DNA of 64,000 bases from an uncultured delta proteobacterium (GTDB lineage Bacteria > Desulfobacterota > Syntrophia > Syntrophales > UBA2192), in contig CAVPJD010000002.1 in assembly GCA_963705165.1 (NCBI GenBank), positions 1 through 64,000 of the forward strand. The letters are read 5' to 3'. The notes under the pieces are model-generated. The model was not told the DNA's origin. It did no database searches and saw only the letters and a list, made by a program, of their open reading frames with translations. This document shows, in pieces, positions 31,335 through 40,195 of this stretch (positions are counted from its first letter, which is position 1; every line of letters begins with the position of its first letter). The translations under genes were made by a program, and so were the position numbers.

Positions 31335-31747
31335 ATTGGTAAGTCATACCCCTCAGCGCACCAATTCGTATCACCACCGGAGTATATATTGGTCCCCGAC
31401 GTACAATTATAGCTGGCATCATAGCCGTTTAAGCAGGCGCCTCCCGACCACTGTCCGTCAGAACAGTGCTCTTTGGCCTGGTTGCCCCAGATGCATTCGC
31501 ATCCCGTGAACGGGAACCCCGAGGCGCTCGACCAGCTGCCGCCGGTTTGACAACAGGCATCGCAGCCGCAGGCGTAGTTGCCGTTCTGGCACCTCTCCGC
31601 ACCTGTGCCGGTCCTGCAGGACGAGGCTGGATAGCAGCTCCCGCTGCCCACTGAGCCTCCTGAACTGCAGGTTATAAGCTCCCCGCAAAGGTCAGGCCCT
31701 TTCATATCGACGAGAAGAGGCGGCTCATAGCGTAACTTCGTTTTCAT
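31331..31747 (-). CDS. Cys/Gly-rich putative RiPP precursor peptide
   Basis: 138 aa. Leader MKTKLRYEPPLL, 15 Cys, nine CxxG units. Stop codon overlaps the scmC-like ATG. Confidence 0.75.
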   Translation of the reverse strand: MKTKLRYEPPLLVDMKGPDLCGELITCSSGGSVGSGSCYPASSCRTGTGAERCQNGNYACGCDACCQTGGSWSSASGFPFTGCECIWGNQAKEHCSDGQWSGGACLNGYDASYNCTSGTNIYSGGDTNWCAEGYDLPI

Positions 31748-31835
31748 GCGACACCAGGCCCTTTCCGAACAAACTGAATTCCTGCGGGCCACAGGCTGCC
31801 CTGCCCTGCGACCCGATCGACGTCAAGGTTTTTCA

Positions 31836-33029
31836 TCACGCCCCGGATGCTTCTCGCGGGGCACACCGTCCCGTATCGCCGTTTCTTGCCGCTCGGGAGG
31901 CAAGACGCCTCTCGGGGAACAGGCCCAGCGCCCTCGCCTCCTCGCAGTACCAGTGGGGCGCCCAGAGGTCCCGGTCTTTGTAGTAGTTCTGGGCGATGCA
32001 GCTGCCCCGGCAGATTCCCTTCATGAGGCACTCCCCGCAGATTCCGCCCAGGCGCCGCGGCAGGCCCTCGCGGATCTCACGGAGTACGGGGTTGTCCTTC
32101 CACACGTCGGCCAGGGAATCTTTCGAGGCATGACCGAAGACCAGCTCGGGCAGATGTTCCCCGATCCCGCAGAGGGCATAGGAGCCGCCGGCCAGGACGC
32201 CGAGGATTCCGAAAATGCCGCAGACGCCGCAGCCGGACCCCTCCCTGCCGTACATCCTCCCGAGGGGGCGGAACGCCGCAGGGTGGGAGTAATGCAAGCC
32301 AAGTTTCGTCCTGGCAGACAGTTCATTTTCAATCCAGTCTCCGAGTCTGACGATTTCCCGGATCGACAGGGTCTCTCCGGCCTCGTGCATCTTGACCCCC
32401 CGGGCCGTGGGCTGGACGATGTTGAACTTCACCGACGCGGCGCCGAGGGATTCGGCAAGGCGCACGACGTCCTCGATCTGATCGACATTTCTTCGCATGA
32501 GCGTCATGATGACCTGGGGCCGGATGCCTGCCGCGACGAGGTTTCGGATCCCGTCCAGCGCGGCCTCGAAGCAGCCCTTCACGCCCCGCACCCACTCGTG
32601 TGTGTCCGCATCGGCCCCGTCGAGGCTCACGGAAATGTGTCCGAGCCCGGAGCGAACCAGTTCCCGTGCAAGCTCCGGCGTGCAGAGAACGCCGTTGGTC
32701 TCCACGTTGAAGCGCAGCTTCTCCTGCCGGAGGATCTCCAGGATCTCCCCGATCTGCGGGTGCATGAGGGGCTCGCCGCCGGTGAGCTTCACCGACGTTA
32801 GGCCCAACGGCTTTGCCTGCTCCAGGATATGCCGGAACAGCGCCGGGTCCAGGGCCGCGTATTGCCGCTTTTCCGACTGGTGGGGCGGCTCGAGCCAGCA
32901 GTGCCGGCACCGCAGGTTGCAGCCCTCCGTAAGATAGAAGTAGAGCGTGTTGAGGGGCGGAACGGCCCTGACCGCCGTCTCGCGCGCGGCGTCGCCCCCG
33001 AGGACAGACAATGTCTTTGTGGAACTCAC
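31836..33029 (-). CDS. scmF: Radical SAM/SPASM peptide maturase (ScmF-like)
   Basis: CNLRCRHC, TGGEP, ETNG, SLDG, SPASM CGECLMKGICRGSC. Likely GTG start at 33029 or 33035 after GGAGG. Confidence 0.88.
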   Translation of the reverse strand: MSSTKTLSVLGGDAARETAVRAVPPLNTLYFYLTEGCNLRCRHCWLEPPHQSEKRQYAALDPALFRHILEQAKPLGLTSVKLTGGEPLMHPQIGEILEILRQEKLRFNVETNGVLCTPELARELVRSGLGHISVSLDGADADTHEWVRGVKGCFEAALDGIRNLVAAGIRPQVIMTLMRRNVDQIEDVVRLAESLGAASVKFNIVQPTARGVKMHEAGETLSIREIVRLGDWIENELSARTKLGLHYSHPAAFRPLGRMYGREGSGCGVCGIFGILGVLAGGSYALCGIGEHLPELVFGHASKDSLADVWKDNPVLREIREGLPRRLGGICGECLMKGICRGSCIAQNYYKDRDLWAPHWYCEEARALGLFPERRLASRAARNGDTGRCAPREASGA

Positions 33030-33031
33030 GA

Positions 33032-34714
33032 TCACGATCCTCCCCGGCCGGCCCCGGTTGAAAGCACTGCCCGGGTGTCGAGCCTCACCAGATAAAAGTT
33101 TCTTTCCTTGCAGGACCCGCCGCAGCATGATTTCGACCCCGGCGGAGGCGGGAAGGCAGGCGGGGCCTCCCCTGCATAGGGATTGAACCCCTTGATGCCC
33201 AGCGGGTTTGCCGTCCACGTGTAGATTCTGTCGATACCCCGCTCTCTAAGCCGCCGGGCAAAACGCTCCGCGTCGCCGGGACTCTTCGCCACGAGGAAGA
33301 CCCTGTCGAAGAACAGCGGGCCCGCGTGCTCCATGCTCCCGGCGTCACCCAGGAAGAGGATGGCGTCGCCGGCCGAAGTGTGCTTTTCGAGAAAGGCAAT
33401 GCGCGCAGCATTGTAGTCCTTGTATTTCAGAACGCGGTCCTTTGAATCCTGGATCCCGTTGACGAGGGCGACACCGCAGAAGAAGGCCAGCACGAGGTAC
33501 ATCCCGCGGGCAGTGAAAATAACCTTTCGTTCCAGGGCGATCAGCAGGATGACGAAGGGAACAACTGGCAGCCACACGGAAAAGACGATCCATGACCCCG
33601 GGCGCAGAATCGCGGCGCCGAGGACAAGACAGAAGACAACGGTGGCTGCAAGGATTGCCTCGAGAGCCCCTTCCCCCTTCTTCAGCCTCTCAAGGCGCCC
33701 GGGAACACCGTAGAAAACGAAGAGCACCGCCGGGAAAAGGGCCATGAGAGGCAATAGGCTGATCCGGGCGGCCGTGACCACAACAGCGCCCAGCACCACG
33801 GTCACGGACAGGGCCGAAAGGATGGCCCTGTGAACCGGACGGATTCCTTCGCGGCGGGAAAACACTAGAAGAGCGAAGGAGGCCCCGAGAGCACCGACGA
33901 GGGCGGCCACGCGTATCGGCGAAAGCGCATAAAACGGAAGGACCATTGCCAGGTAGGGACCCGGAAACCGGCCGTGCAGCAATCCATCATGAAGGACCAG
34001 TGCGGCCAAAAAGAAGACCCCGCTTGCAAAGACTGTCCACAGATCGCCCAGGCGTTTTTGCGTGAACAGGACGATTGCGGTGCAGAGAAAATAGGAAAAG
34101 ACGATGACCAGACACTCAGGACTGACGATCGCCGACGCCCCCACCAGCACCGAAGCGAAGAACAGCCTGGCCCGTGAAGGATACTCCCCGAAATGGCCCG
34201 CCAGGAGCCAAAGCGCCGAGACGATCAGGAGAAGGGCGAGGGCCATTCCCGAAAACTGAAAGCCCTGCATCAAGACAGGGGAGCCGAGAAGAAAGGCCGC
34301 AAGCAGGAGCCAGTAGAGGAAATCCCTCTGCATCACCCGGTCCAGAATCAGCCCGAGGACAAGCGCCGACAGAAACACGAAGAGGATGGGCGCGAAGTCG
34401 ACGGTCCGCTCGCCGAAAACCGGGAAAAAGAGGCTCGCCACCCATGGAAAGAGCGGCGGCGGTGTCGCGTAGAGCCTGCCATCACGGGCTTCGAGAAGAC
34501 CTCGCATTCCCGTCACGTCTGCGGATTCAAAGCCGAGGGACTGGGCAGGGCTCGTTATTTCGAAAGACCCGCTGACGGCAAAGTTTTTCATCTGGACGTA
34601 GTGGACGCCCTCCTCATTGGAAGCGAGCCCCGGGGGTGCCAGAAAGTAAAACAGGCCCGCGAGCGCCGTGAGTACGACGACGAGGAAAAGAGTTTCACCG
34701 AGGTTTGCTTTCAT
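33032..34714 (-). CDS. Polytopic membrane protein, possible GT-C-fold glycosyltransferase
   Basis: 560 aa, roughly 12-13 hydrophobic segments. Acidic SNEEG after TM1 and a PPPLF motif reminiscent of ArnT/PMT-type enzymes. Cys-rich tail SCCGGSC. Confidence 0.6.
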   Translation of the reverse strand: MKANLGETLFLVVVLTALAGLFYFLAPPGLASNEEGVHYVQMKNFAVSGSFEITSPAQSLGFESADVTGMRGLLEARDGRLYATPPPLFPWVASLFFPVFGERTVDFAPILFVFLSALVLGLILDRVMQRDFLYWLLLAAFLLGSPVLMQGFQFSGMALALLLIVSALWLLAGHFGEYPSRARLFFASVLVGASAIVSPECLVIVFSYFLCTAIVLFTQKRLGDLWTVFASGVFFLAALVLHDGLLHGRFPGPYLAMVLPFYALSPIRVAALVGALGASFALLVFSRREGIRPVHRAILSALSVTVVLGAVVVTAARISLLPLMALFPAVLFVFYGVPGRLERLKKGEGALEAILAATVVFCLVLGAAILRPGSWIVFSVWLPVVPFVILLIALERKVIFTARGMYLVLAFFCGVALVNGIQDSKDRVLKYKDYNAARIAFLEKHTSAGDAILFLGDAGSMEHAGPLFFDRVFLVAKSPGDAERFARRLRERGIDRIYTWTANPLGIKGFNPYAGEAPPAFPPPPGSKSCCGGSCKERNFYLVRLDTRAVLSTGAGRGGS

Positions 34715-34731
34715 TTCTCTCTGTGTTCATT

Positions 34732-35841
34732 TCAGCAAAGCAGGCTCCGGTCCGGCAGCCTCCCGCCCTCGGCCAGGAATTTCCTCAGGCAGGAATCGGG
34801 GCTGGGGTGATTGACCTCGCCCACCAGGGTGTACGACAGCCCCGGGCAGTTGCCCGTGCAGTACTTGATGTATTCGCAGCCTTGGCAGAAGGCAAAGTCT
34901 GAAAGAGGAACCCGGTTCCTCTCACGGAGAACCTTCAGGGCATCATGGTCCCTCCAGATTTCCCCGATGTCGTCCCGGTTGATCCGGCCCAGCTCGATGT
35001 GCGACAGCATCGTGCAGGGGCTCACGGCCCCGTCGGCCCTCACGGCCAGATCCTGCCAGTAACAGCCGCAGCCGGAAAGATATCCTCTCCCCGGCCCGAG
35101 TTTTTTACCCCGAAGCCGTGCCTCCTCCATGTCGAGCCAGCCCCTCGCCTCGGCAAGCGGTCCCGCCATGGCGTTGATGCGGCCGTTGTATTTTTTCGTC
35201 AGACGAAGGAGTGTCTCCATGGCAATCATGCGGTCTTCCGTCGTGAGCTGCACCATCTCGGCGTTTTTCCGGCACAGCCCCATGGCACCTGCGGAATTGG
35301 TCCCGAAGGAGGAAAGCCGGAGATCCTCCAGGAGAAGTTTTGCGATGCCCTCTAGATCATGGACGTTCTTGCGGTGGATCGTCACTCGCACCGCCACATG
35401 GACACGGTGGCGCCGAAGGGTCATGAGGCCCTGCAGGGCCTTCGCAAAGCTCCCGTTGCCCCTCATGACGTCGTGGCTCTCGGGCATGGAGCCGTCGATG
35501 GAGATCTGGACGTAGTTGCAGCGTTTCGTCGATGCAAGAAAGGCCGCCATCTCGTCGGTGATCAGCGTCCCGTTGCTGAGGATCTGGAACCGCATCCGGT
35601 TGCGGACAATCCCGCTGATGATCTCCTTCAGGTCACCCCGGATGAAGGGCTCGCCGCCGGCCAGCGTCACCTCCGTGACGGCGCAGCGGTTCAGTTCCTC
35701 GAAGAGCTGAAGCCACGCGGCCGTGGAGAGATCGCCTTCCACATCGCCCGCGCTCTCGAAGTGGTAGCAGTATCGGCACCGCAGGTTGCAGCGGTTCGTG
35801 ATGGCGATGTCCACCTTGTTGGGTGTGCGCATCAGCCGCAT
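34732..35841 (-). CDS. scmE: Radical SAM/SPASM peptide maturase (ScmE-like)
   Basis: CNLRCRYC, AGGEP, SNGT, SIDG, SPASM CGC...PC...CQGCEYIKYCTGNC...C. Start MRLMRTP at 35841. Confidence 0.9.
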   Translation of the reverse strand: MRLMRTPNKVDIAITNRCNLRCRYCYHFESAGDVEGDLSTAAWLQLFEELNRCAVTEVTLAGGEPFIRGDLKEIISGIVRNRMRFQILSNGTLITDEMAAFLASTKRCNYVQISIDGSMPESHDVMRGNGSFAKALQGLMTLRRHRVHVAVRVTIHRKNVHDLEGIAKLLLEDLRLSSFGTNSAGAMGLCRKNAEMVQLTTEDRMIAMETLLRLTKKYNGRINAMAGPLAEARGWLDMEEARLRGKKLGPGRGYLSGCGCYWQDLAVRADGAVSPCTMLSHIELGRINRDDIGEIWRDHDALKVLRERNRVPLSDFAFCQGCEYIKYCTGNCPGLSYTLVGEVNHPSPDSCLRKFLAEGGRLPDRSLLC

Positions 35842-35920
35842 GGCGGCACCCTGCGGGTGGAATAATGGAATAATGGAATAGTGGAATAATGGGTCATGCC
35901 TGTATTCTCCACCGGTTGAC

Positions 35921-36214
35921 TTATGCTGGACTGCCAGCGATGACTTCGTAGCCGACGAGCCCTTGTTGCTCCAGGGACGCGATGAACTGGCGGGCGTGCT
36001 CGCCGGCGTCCTCGGGAACATCCTCGGCTTCATCCCGTAGTTTTATTATGATGTCCTCCATCCCGTGTTTCCCGTCGAGGTGCTTCCAGATGAAGACCCC
36101 CGTGGGGTTGAGGCCGAAGGCGTTTCCCGTGTCGGGGTCGAAGAGGATCGCCCAGTCGTCGAATTCCTCGCGCAGGACGATCAGCGGGTTGGCGATGGGA
36201 TTCTTCTGTTCCAC
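35921..36214 (-). CDS. scmD: PqqD-family RiPP recognition element (ScmD-like)
   Basis: 97 aa. LREEFDDWAILFDPDTG...LNPTGVFIWKHLDG...FIASLEQQGLV. AAAGGAG RBS before the GTG at 36214. Confidence 0.9.
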   Translation of the reverse strand: MEQKNPIANPLIVLREEFDDWAILFDPDTGNAFGLNPTGVFIWKHLDGKHGMEDIIIKLRDEAEDVPEDAGEHARQFIASLEQQGLVGYEVIAGSPA

Positions 36215-36325
36215 GGTTTCTGCTCCTTTGTTCAATAAACTGACGCAGGGACGGCAGGCGCCTCCCGTCAAGGAAGCGGCAGGGCCGCACCCGGCGCATT
36301 TTCAGCAGTGTCGGCTGACAACTTT

Positions 36326-36342
36326 TGCAAGAAGCATACCGG
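36326..36342 (-). promoter_or_regulatory. Possible sigma54 (-24/-12) promoter of the RiPP cassette
   Basis: Minus strand CCGGTATG-CTTC-TTGCA with GG-N10-GC spacing, about 110 nt upstream of the scmD-like start. Confidence 0.4.
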
Positions 36343-36445
36343 TCGCAAATCGCCGTCATTCCTGACGGTTCGGGCTTGCACTTGCGAGGGAAACAGGGTA
36401 TGTCAAAAATCGGTTCGGATAGACATCGACAAGGGCGTGAAAGCG

Positions 36446-37732
36446 ATGGAGAAATTCGATGTCATCGTCGTCGGGGCGGGGCTCGCGGGGCTGGCGGCGG
36501 CGTACACGCTGGCCGGCGAAGGCGTCGAGGTCGTCGTCCTCGAGCGGGGCGATTACCCGGGCTCCAAGAACGTCTCCGGCGGCCGCATCTACGTAAATCC
36601 CGTCCGCGATCTCTTCCCGGGTCTCTGGGACGAGGCCCCCCTCGAGCGGGCCATTGTCCGCGAAGGGGCCACCCTGATGGCCAGGAACCGCTCCTTCACC
36701 TTCCACTACACCGGCAGCGAGCTGCGAGCCGAAAAGCCCCAGAGCTACAGTGTCCTTCGCTCGAAATTCGACCGCTGGTTCTCCGAGCGGGTCGAGGAGC
36801 GCGGGGCCATGCTGCTGCCAAAGACCCTTGTCTCGGACGTGATCCGTGAAAACGGAAAAATCACCGGCGTGATTGCCGGGGGCGACGAGTTGCGCGCCGA
36901 CGTGGTCATCGCCTGCGACGGGGCGCTTTCCCTCATCCCCGAGAAGGCGGGCCTGCGGGCACCCGGACGGGCGCATGACAATGCCGTGGGCGTCAAGGAA
37001 CTCATCCAGCTCGCCCCCAACCTGATCAACGATCGTTTCAACGTCGCCGACGGCGAAGGGGCGGCCCATCTCTTCGTAGGGGATGTGACGAAGGGCCTCT
37101 TCGGGGGCGGCTTTCTCTATACGAACCGCGACAGCGTGAGCCTGGGCCTCGTCGTCTCCATTGAAGACATCGCGAAGGAAGAGGCGGCAGGTGATATCCC
37201 GGCACTTTTCGAAGCCTTCAAGGCCCGGCCCGAGATCGAGCCGCTCCTCCGAGGCGGGAAGACAGTCGAGTACGGCGCCCACGTGATCCCCGAGGGCGGC
37301 TACCGCTCTCTCTGTCCTCTTGTCGGCGACGGGATCCTCGTGGCTGGGGATTCGGCGGGATTCGCCCTTAACCTGGGGTTTACGGTGCGGGGGATGGAAT
37401 ACGCCCTGGCCTCGGGTTACTATGCCGCCAAGGCCGTCATCGAAGCGAAAAAGACGGGATGCTACGACGCCGCCTCATTATCGATCTACCCGAAACTTCT
37501 CGAGGACAGCTTCGTCCTCAAGGACTTTCGCACGTTTCAGGAGACTCCGAAGGTGCTCTCGAACCCCCATCTGTTCGGCCACTACCCGGAGCTCGCGGGA
37601 AATCTGCTCCGTGATCTCTACACGGTGCCCGCAGGGCCCAAGTCGCCGATCTTCACGACGCTGCGCCGGCACCTGACCCTGAGCCAGCTCTGGACCATGC
37701 TCAAGGACGCAAAGGAGGTCACGAAGATATGA
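36446..37732 (+). CDS. fixC: FixC-like ETF:quinone oxidoreductase flavoprotein
   Basis: VVGAGLAG, GSKNVSGG, GGGFLYTN, EYGAHVIPEGG, AGDSAG. Confidence 0.9.
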   Translation: MEKFDVIVVGAGLAGLAAAYTLAGEGVEVVVLERGDYPGSKNVSGGRIYVNPVRDLFPGLWDEAPLERAIVREGATLMARNRSFTFHYTGSELRAEKPQSYSVLRSKFDRWFSERVEERGAMLLPKTLVSDVIRENGKITGVIAGGDELRADVVIACDGALSLIPEKAGLRAPGRAHDNAVGVKELIQLAPNLINDRFNVADGEGAAHLFVGDVTKGLFGGGFLYTNRDSVSLGLVVSIEDIAKEEAAGDIPALFEAFKARPEIEPLLRGGKTVEYGAHVIPEGGYRSLCPLVGDGILVAGDSAGFALNLGFTVRGMEYALASGYYAAKAVIEAKKTGCYDAASLSIYPKLLEDSFVLKDFRTFQETPKVLSNPHLFGHYPELAGNLLRDLYTVPAGPKSPIFTTLRRHLTLSQLWTMLKDAKEVTKI

Positions 37733-38004
37733 GCGACCTCAAGGCGAAACTGGGGCTCAACGTATTCAAGCCGCTGCCTGCGCCCCACATCAAAATCAAG
37801 GCGGGCATGGAGCGCGACCCCCGGCTGAAAGCGGCCGCGAGGGCCTGTCCCGCGGGGCTCTACAGCACAAACGAAAAGGGCGAATTTGTATTGACCATTG
37901 ACGGATGCCTCGAGTGCGGCACCTGCCGCATCGCCTGCGGCATGGAGGTGCTAGAGTGGAACTACCCCGAAGGCGGCGCAGGCGTGCAGTTCCGTTTCGG
38001 GTGA
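37729..38004 (+). CDS. fixX: FixX-like ferredoxin
   Basis: ACPAGLY, GCLECGTCRIAC, WNYPEGGAGV. Confidence 0.92.
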   Translation: MSDLKAKLGLNVFKPLPAPHIKIKAGMERDPRLKAAARACPAGLYSTNEKGEFVLTIDGCLECGTCRIACGMEVLEWNYPEGGAGVQFRFG

Positions 38005-38009
38005 AAGAC

Positions 38010-38135
38010 AGGGTATCGGGTCGAGGGTCGAGGGCGAAATTTGTGGCTAGTGCCTAGTGGTTAGTGGCCAGAGCAACAGGATTGATCACTATTCACAGCT
38101 CACTAATCACGAGTCACTAATCACTAATCACTGAT
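38010..38135. repeat. Three consecutive heptamer arrays
   Basis: AGGGTCG-like, GTGGCTA-like and TCACTAA-like units fill the fixX-acd spacer. Confidence 0.8.
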
Positions 38136-38155
38136 TTACACGAAGGAGGGATGTC

Positions 38156-39295
38156 ATGAATTTCAAGCTGACCGAGGAACAAGAGCTCATCCGTAAAAAC
38201 ATCCGGGAATTCTGCGTGAAGAACGTGGAGCCCATCGCCGCGGAGATCGACGAGAAGGAAGCGCACCCCGCCGATCTCTTCAAGAAGCTCGCCGAGGGCG
38301 GCTGGATGGGGATCCCCATCCCGACGCAGTACGGCGGCGCCGGCGCCGACTACCTGACCAACGCCATCGTCGTGGAGGAGCTCTCGCGCTCGTGCTCGTC
38401 GACGGGGTTCACCGTGTCGATCCACGTGGGGATCGCCTGCATGCTGATCAACCTCTTCGGCACTGAAGACCAGAAGAAGAAATTCCTCGTCCCCCTGGCA
38501 ACGGGAAAGCACCTGGGCGCCTTCGTCCTCACCGAGCCGGGGGCGGGCACGGACGTCATGGCCGCCACGACGGCGGCAACGAAGGACGGCGATGCCTATG
38601 TGCTCAACGGCACCAAGACCTTCATCTCCAACGGCCCCATCGCAGACACCTACCTCGTCTTCTGCTGGACCGACAAGGCGGCGGGCCGCAAGGGCATGAG
38701 CTCCTTCATCATCCCCAAGGGGACGGCGGGGATGAAGCCCGGCGAGCACTTCCACAAGATGGGGCTTCGCTCCTCCCAGACCTCGGAAGTCGTCTTCAAG
38801 GATTGCCGCGTGCCGAAGGAGAACCTGCTCGGCGCCGAGGGCGCCGGCATGGTGAACGCCGGGGCGGCCTTCGACCACGGCCGCGTGGGCATCGCCGCGC
38901 AGGGCGTGGGCATCCTCCAGGCCGCACTTGACGAATCCATCCAGTACTCCAAGCAGCGCGTCCAGATGGGGAGCCCCATCGCGCGCCACCAGGCCATCTC
39001 CTGGATGATCGCCGATATGGCGACAGACCTCCAGGCCGCCCGCTTCCTGACCTACCATGCCGCCTGGCTGAAGGACAACAAGCAGCCCTTCACCAAGGAG
39101 GCGGCGATGGCGAAGCTCTTTGCCGCCGAGAAAGCCATGCACCACACCACGAAGGCCGTCCAGATCCACGGCGGCTACGGCTACATCAAGGGCGCCAAGG
39201 TGGAGCGGATCATGCGCGACGCCAAGATTCTGGAGATCTACGAGGGCACCTCGGAGGCCCAGCGGATGATCATCTCGGGCACCGTTTTGCGCTAG
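38156..39295 (+). CDS. Acyl-CoA dehydrogenase
   Basis: LTEPGAGTD, LNGTKTFISN, KMGLR, QIHGGYGY, IYEGT. Confidence 0.95.
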   Translation: MNFKLTEEQELIRKNIREFCVKNVEPIAAEIDEKEAHPADLFKKLAEGGWMGIPIPTQYGGAGADYLTNAIVVEELSRSCSSTGFTVSIHVGIACMLINLFGTEDQKKKFLVPLATGKHLGAFVLTEPGAGTDVMAATTAATKDGDAYVLNGTKTFISNGPIADTYLVFCWTDKAAGRKGMSSFIIPKGTAGMKPGEHFHKMGLRSSQTSEVVFKDCRVPKENLLGAEGAGMVNAGAAFDHGRVGIAAQGVGILQAALDESIQYSKQRVQMGSPIARHQAISWMIADMATDLQAARFLTYHAAWLKDNKQPFTKEAAMAKLFAAEKAMHHTTKAVQIHGGYGYIKGAKVERIMRDAKILEIYEGTSEAQRMIISGTVLR

Positions 39296-39408
39296 TCGCA
39301 AAACGAGCGTGTAGCGTGTAGGGTGTGGGGTGTAGGCAGTAAGAAATGACTTTCTGATCTGCCCCCATTACCCAATTACCCATTACCCAGTTACATCATT
39401 GCGGAGTA

Positions 39409-40185
39409 ATGCTTATGCCGACAATCGTGGCCTGCTTCAAATGGGTCGTCGACGAGGCCTATATACGGAAGGGCTCCGACGGCAAGCTTGACTTCTCGTC
39501 GGTGGACTACAAGATCGGTGAGTACGACCGAAACGCCATCGAAGAGGCCGCACGCCTGAGGGATGCCGGTGGCGGCGGGAGCGTCATCGGCATCACCGTC
39601 GGCGCCCCCGAGTCCGCAAAGGGCGTGAAGGACGGCCTTTCGCGCGGAATAGACCAGGTCTTCTTCGTTTCCGACCCGTCCTTCAAAGACCTGGAGCCTT
39701 CGCAGACGGCGGCGATCCTCGCCGAGGTCATCCGCACGCGCATCCCGCAATACGACCTCATCACCTGCGGCGAGGGGTCGAGCGACCTCTACGCTCAGCA
39801 GGTGGGACCGAGGCTTGCCGAGCTTCTCGGCATCCCCTGCGTCTGCTTTGTCCAGAAGATCTCCCTCGAAGGCGGAAAGCTCACGGCCGATCGGCGTGTC
39901 GAGGACGGCATCGAGGTTGTCGAGACGCCGCTGCCGGCCCTGGTGACGGTTCTTCCTGACATCAACACGCCGCGGATTCCCGGCGTGAAGGACACGCTGA
40001 TGGCCGGAAAGAAACCTGTCACGACCGTCAAGAGGGAAGAGCTTGCGGGCGGCTTCGAAGGGGTGCTGAAGACTGCGGCCATGACGGCTTCAAGCCTGGA
40101 GCGAACGGGAGAGAAGCTCGCGGCCGATGCCGCCGGGATTGCCCGTTTTGTCGATTCGCTGCGCAAGAGCGGCGTAATCCGTTAA
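39409..40185 (+). CDS. etfB: Electron transfer flavoprotein beta subunit (FixA-like)
   Basis: YDRNAIEEA, CGEGSSDLYAQQVG, INTPRIP. Confidence 0.92.
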   Translation: MLMPTIVACFKWVVDEAYIRKGSDGKLDFSSVDYKIGEYDRNAIEEAARLRDAGGGGSVIGITVGAPESAKGVKDGLSRGIDQVFFVSDPSFKDLEPSQTAAILAEVIRTRIPQYDLITCGEGSSDLYAQQVGPRLAELLGIPCVCFVQKISLEGGKLTADRRVEDGIEVVETPLPALVTVLPDINTPRIPGVKDTLMAGKKPVTTVKREELAGGFEGVLKTAAMTASSLERTGEKLAADAAGIARFVDSLRKSGVIR

Positions 40186-40195
40186 GGGGGAGGCG

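Noticed and set aside
25470..36214. PQQ or lasso peptide biosynthesis
   Set aside because: There is no pqqA/B/C, lasso cyclase or B2 peptidase in the window; only the RRE, leader motif and tailoring genes are shared.
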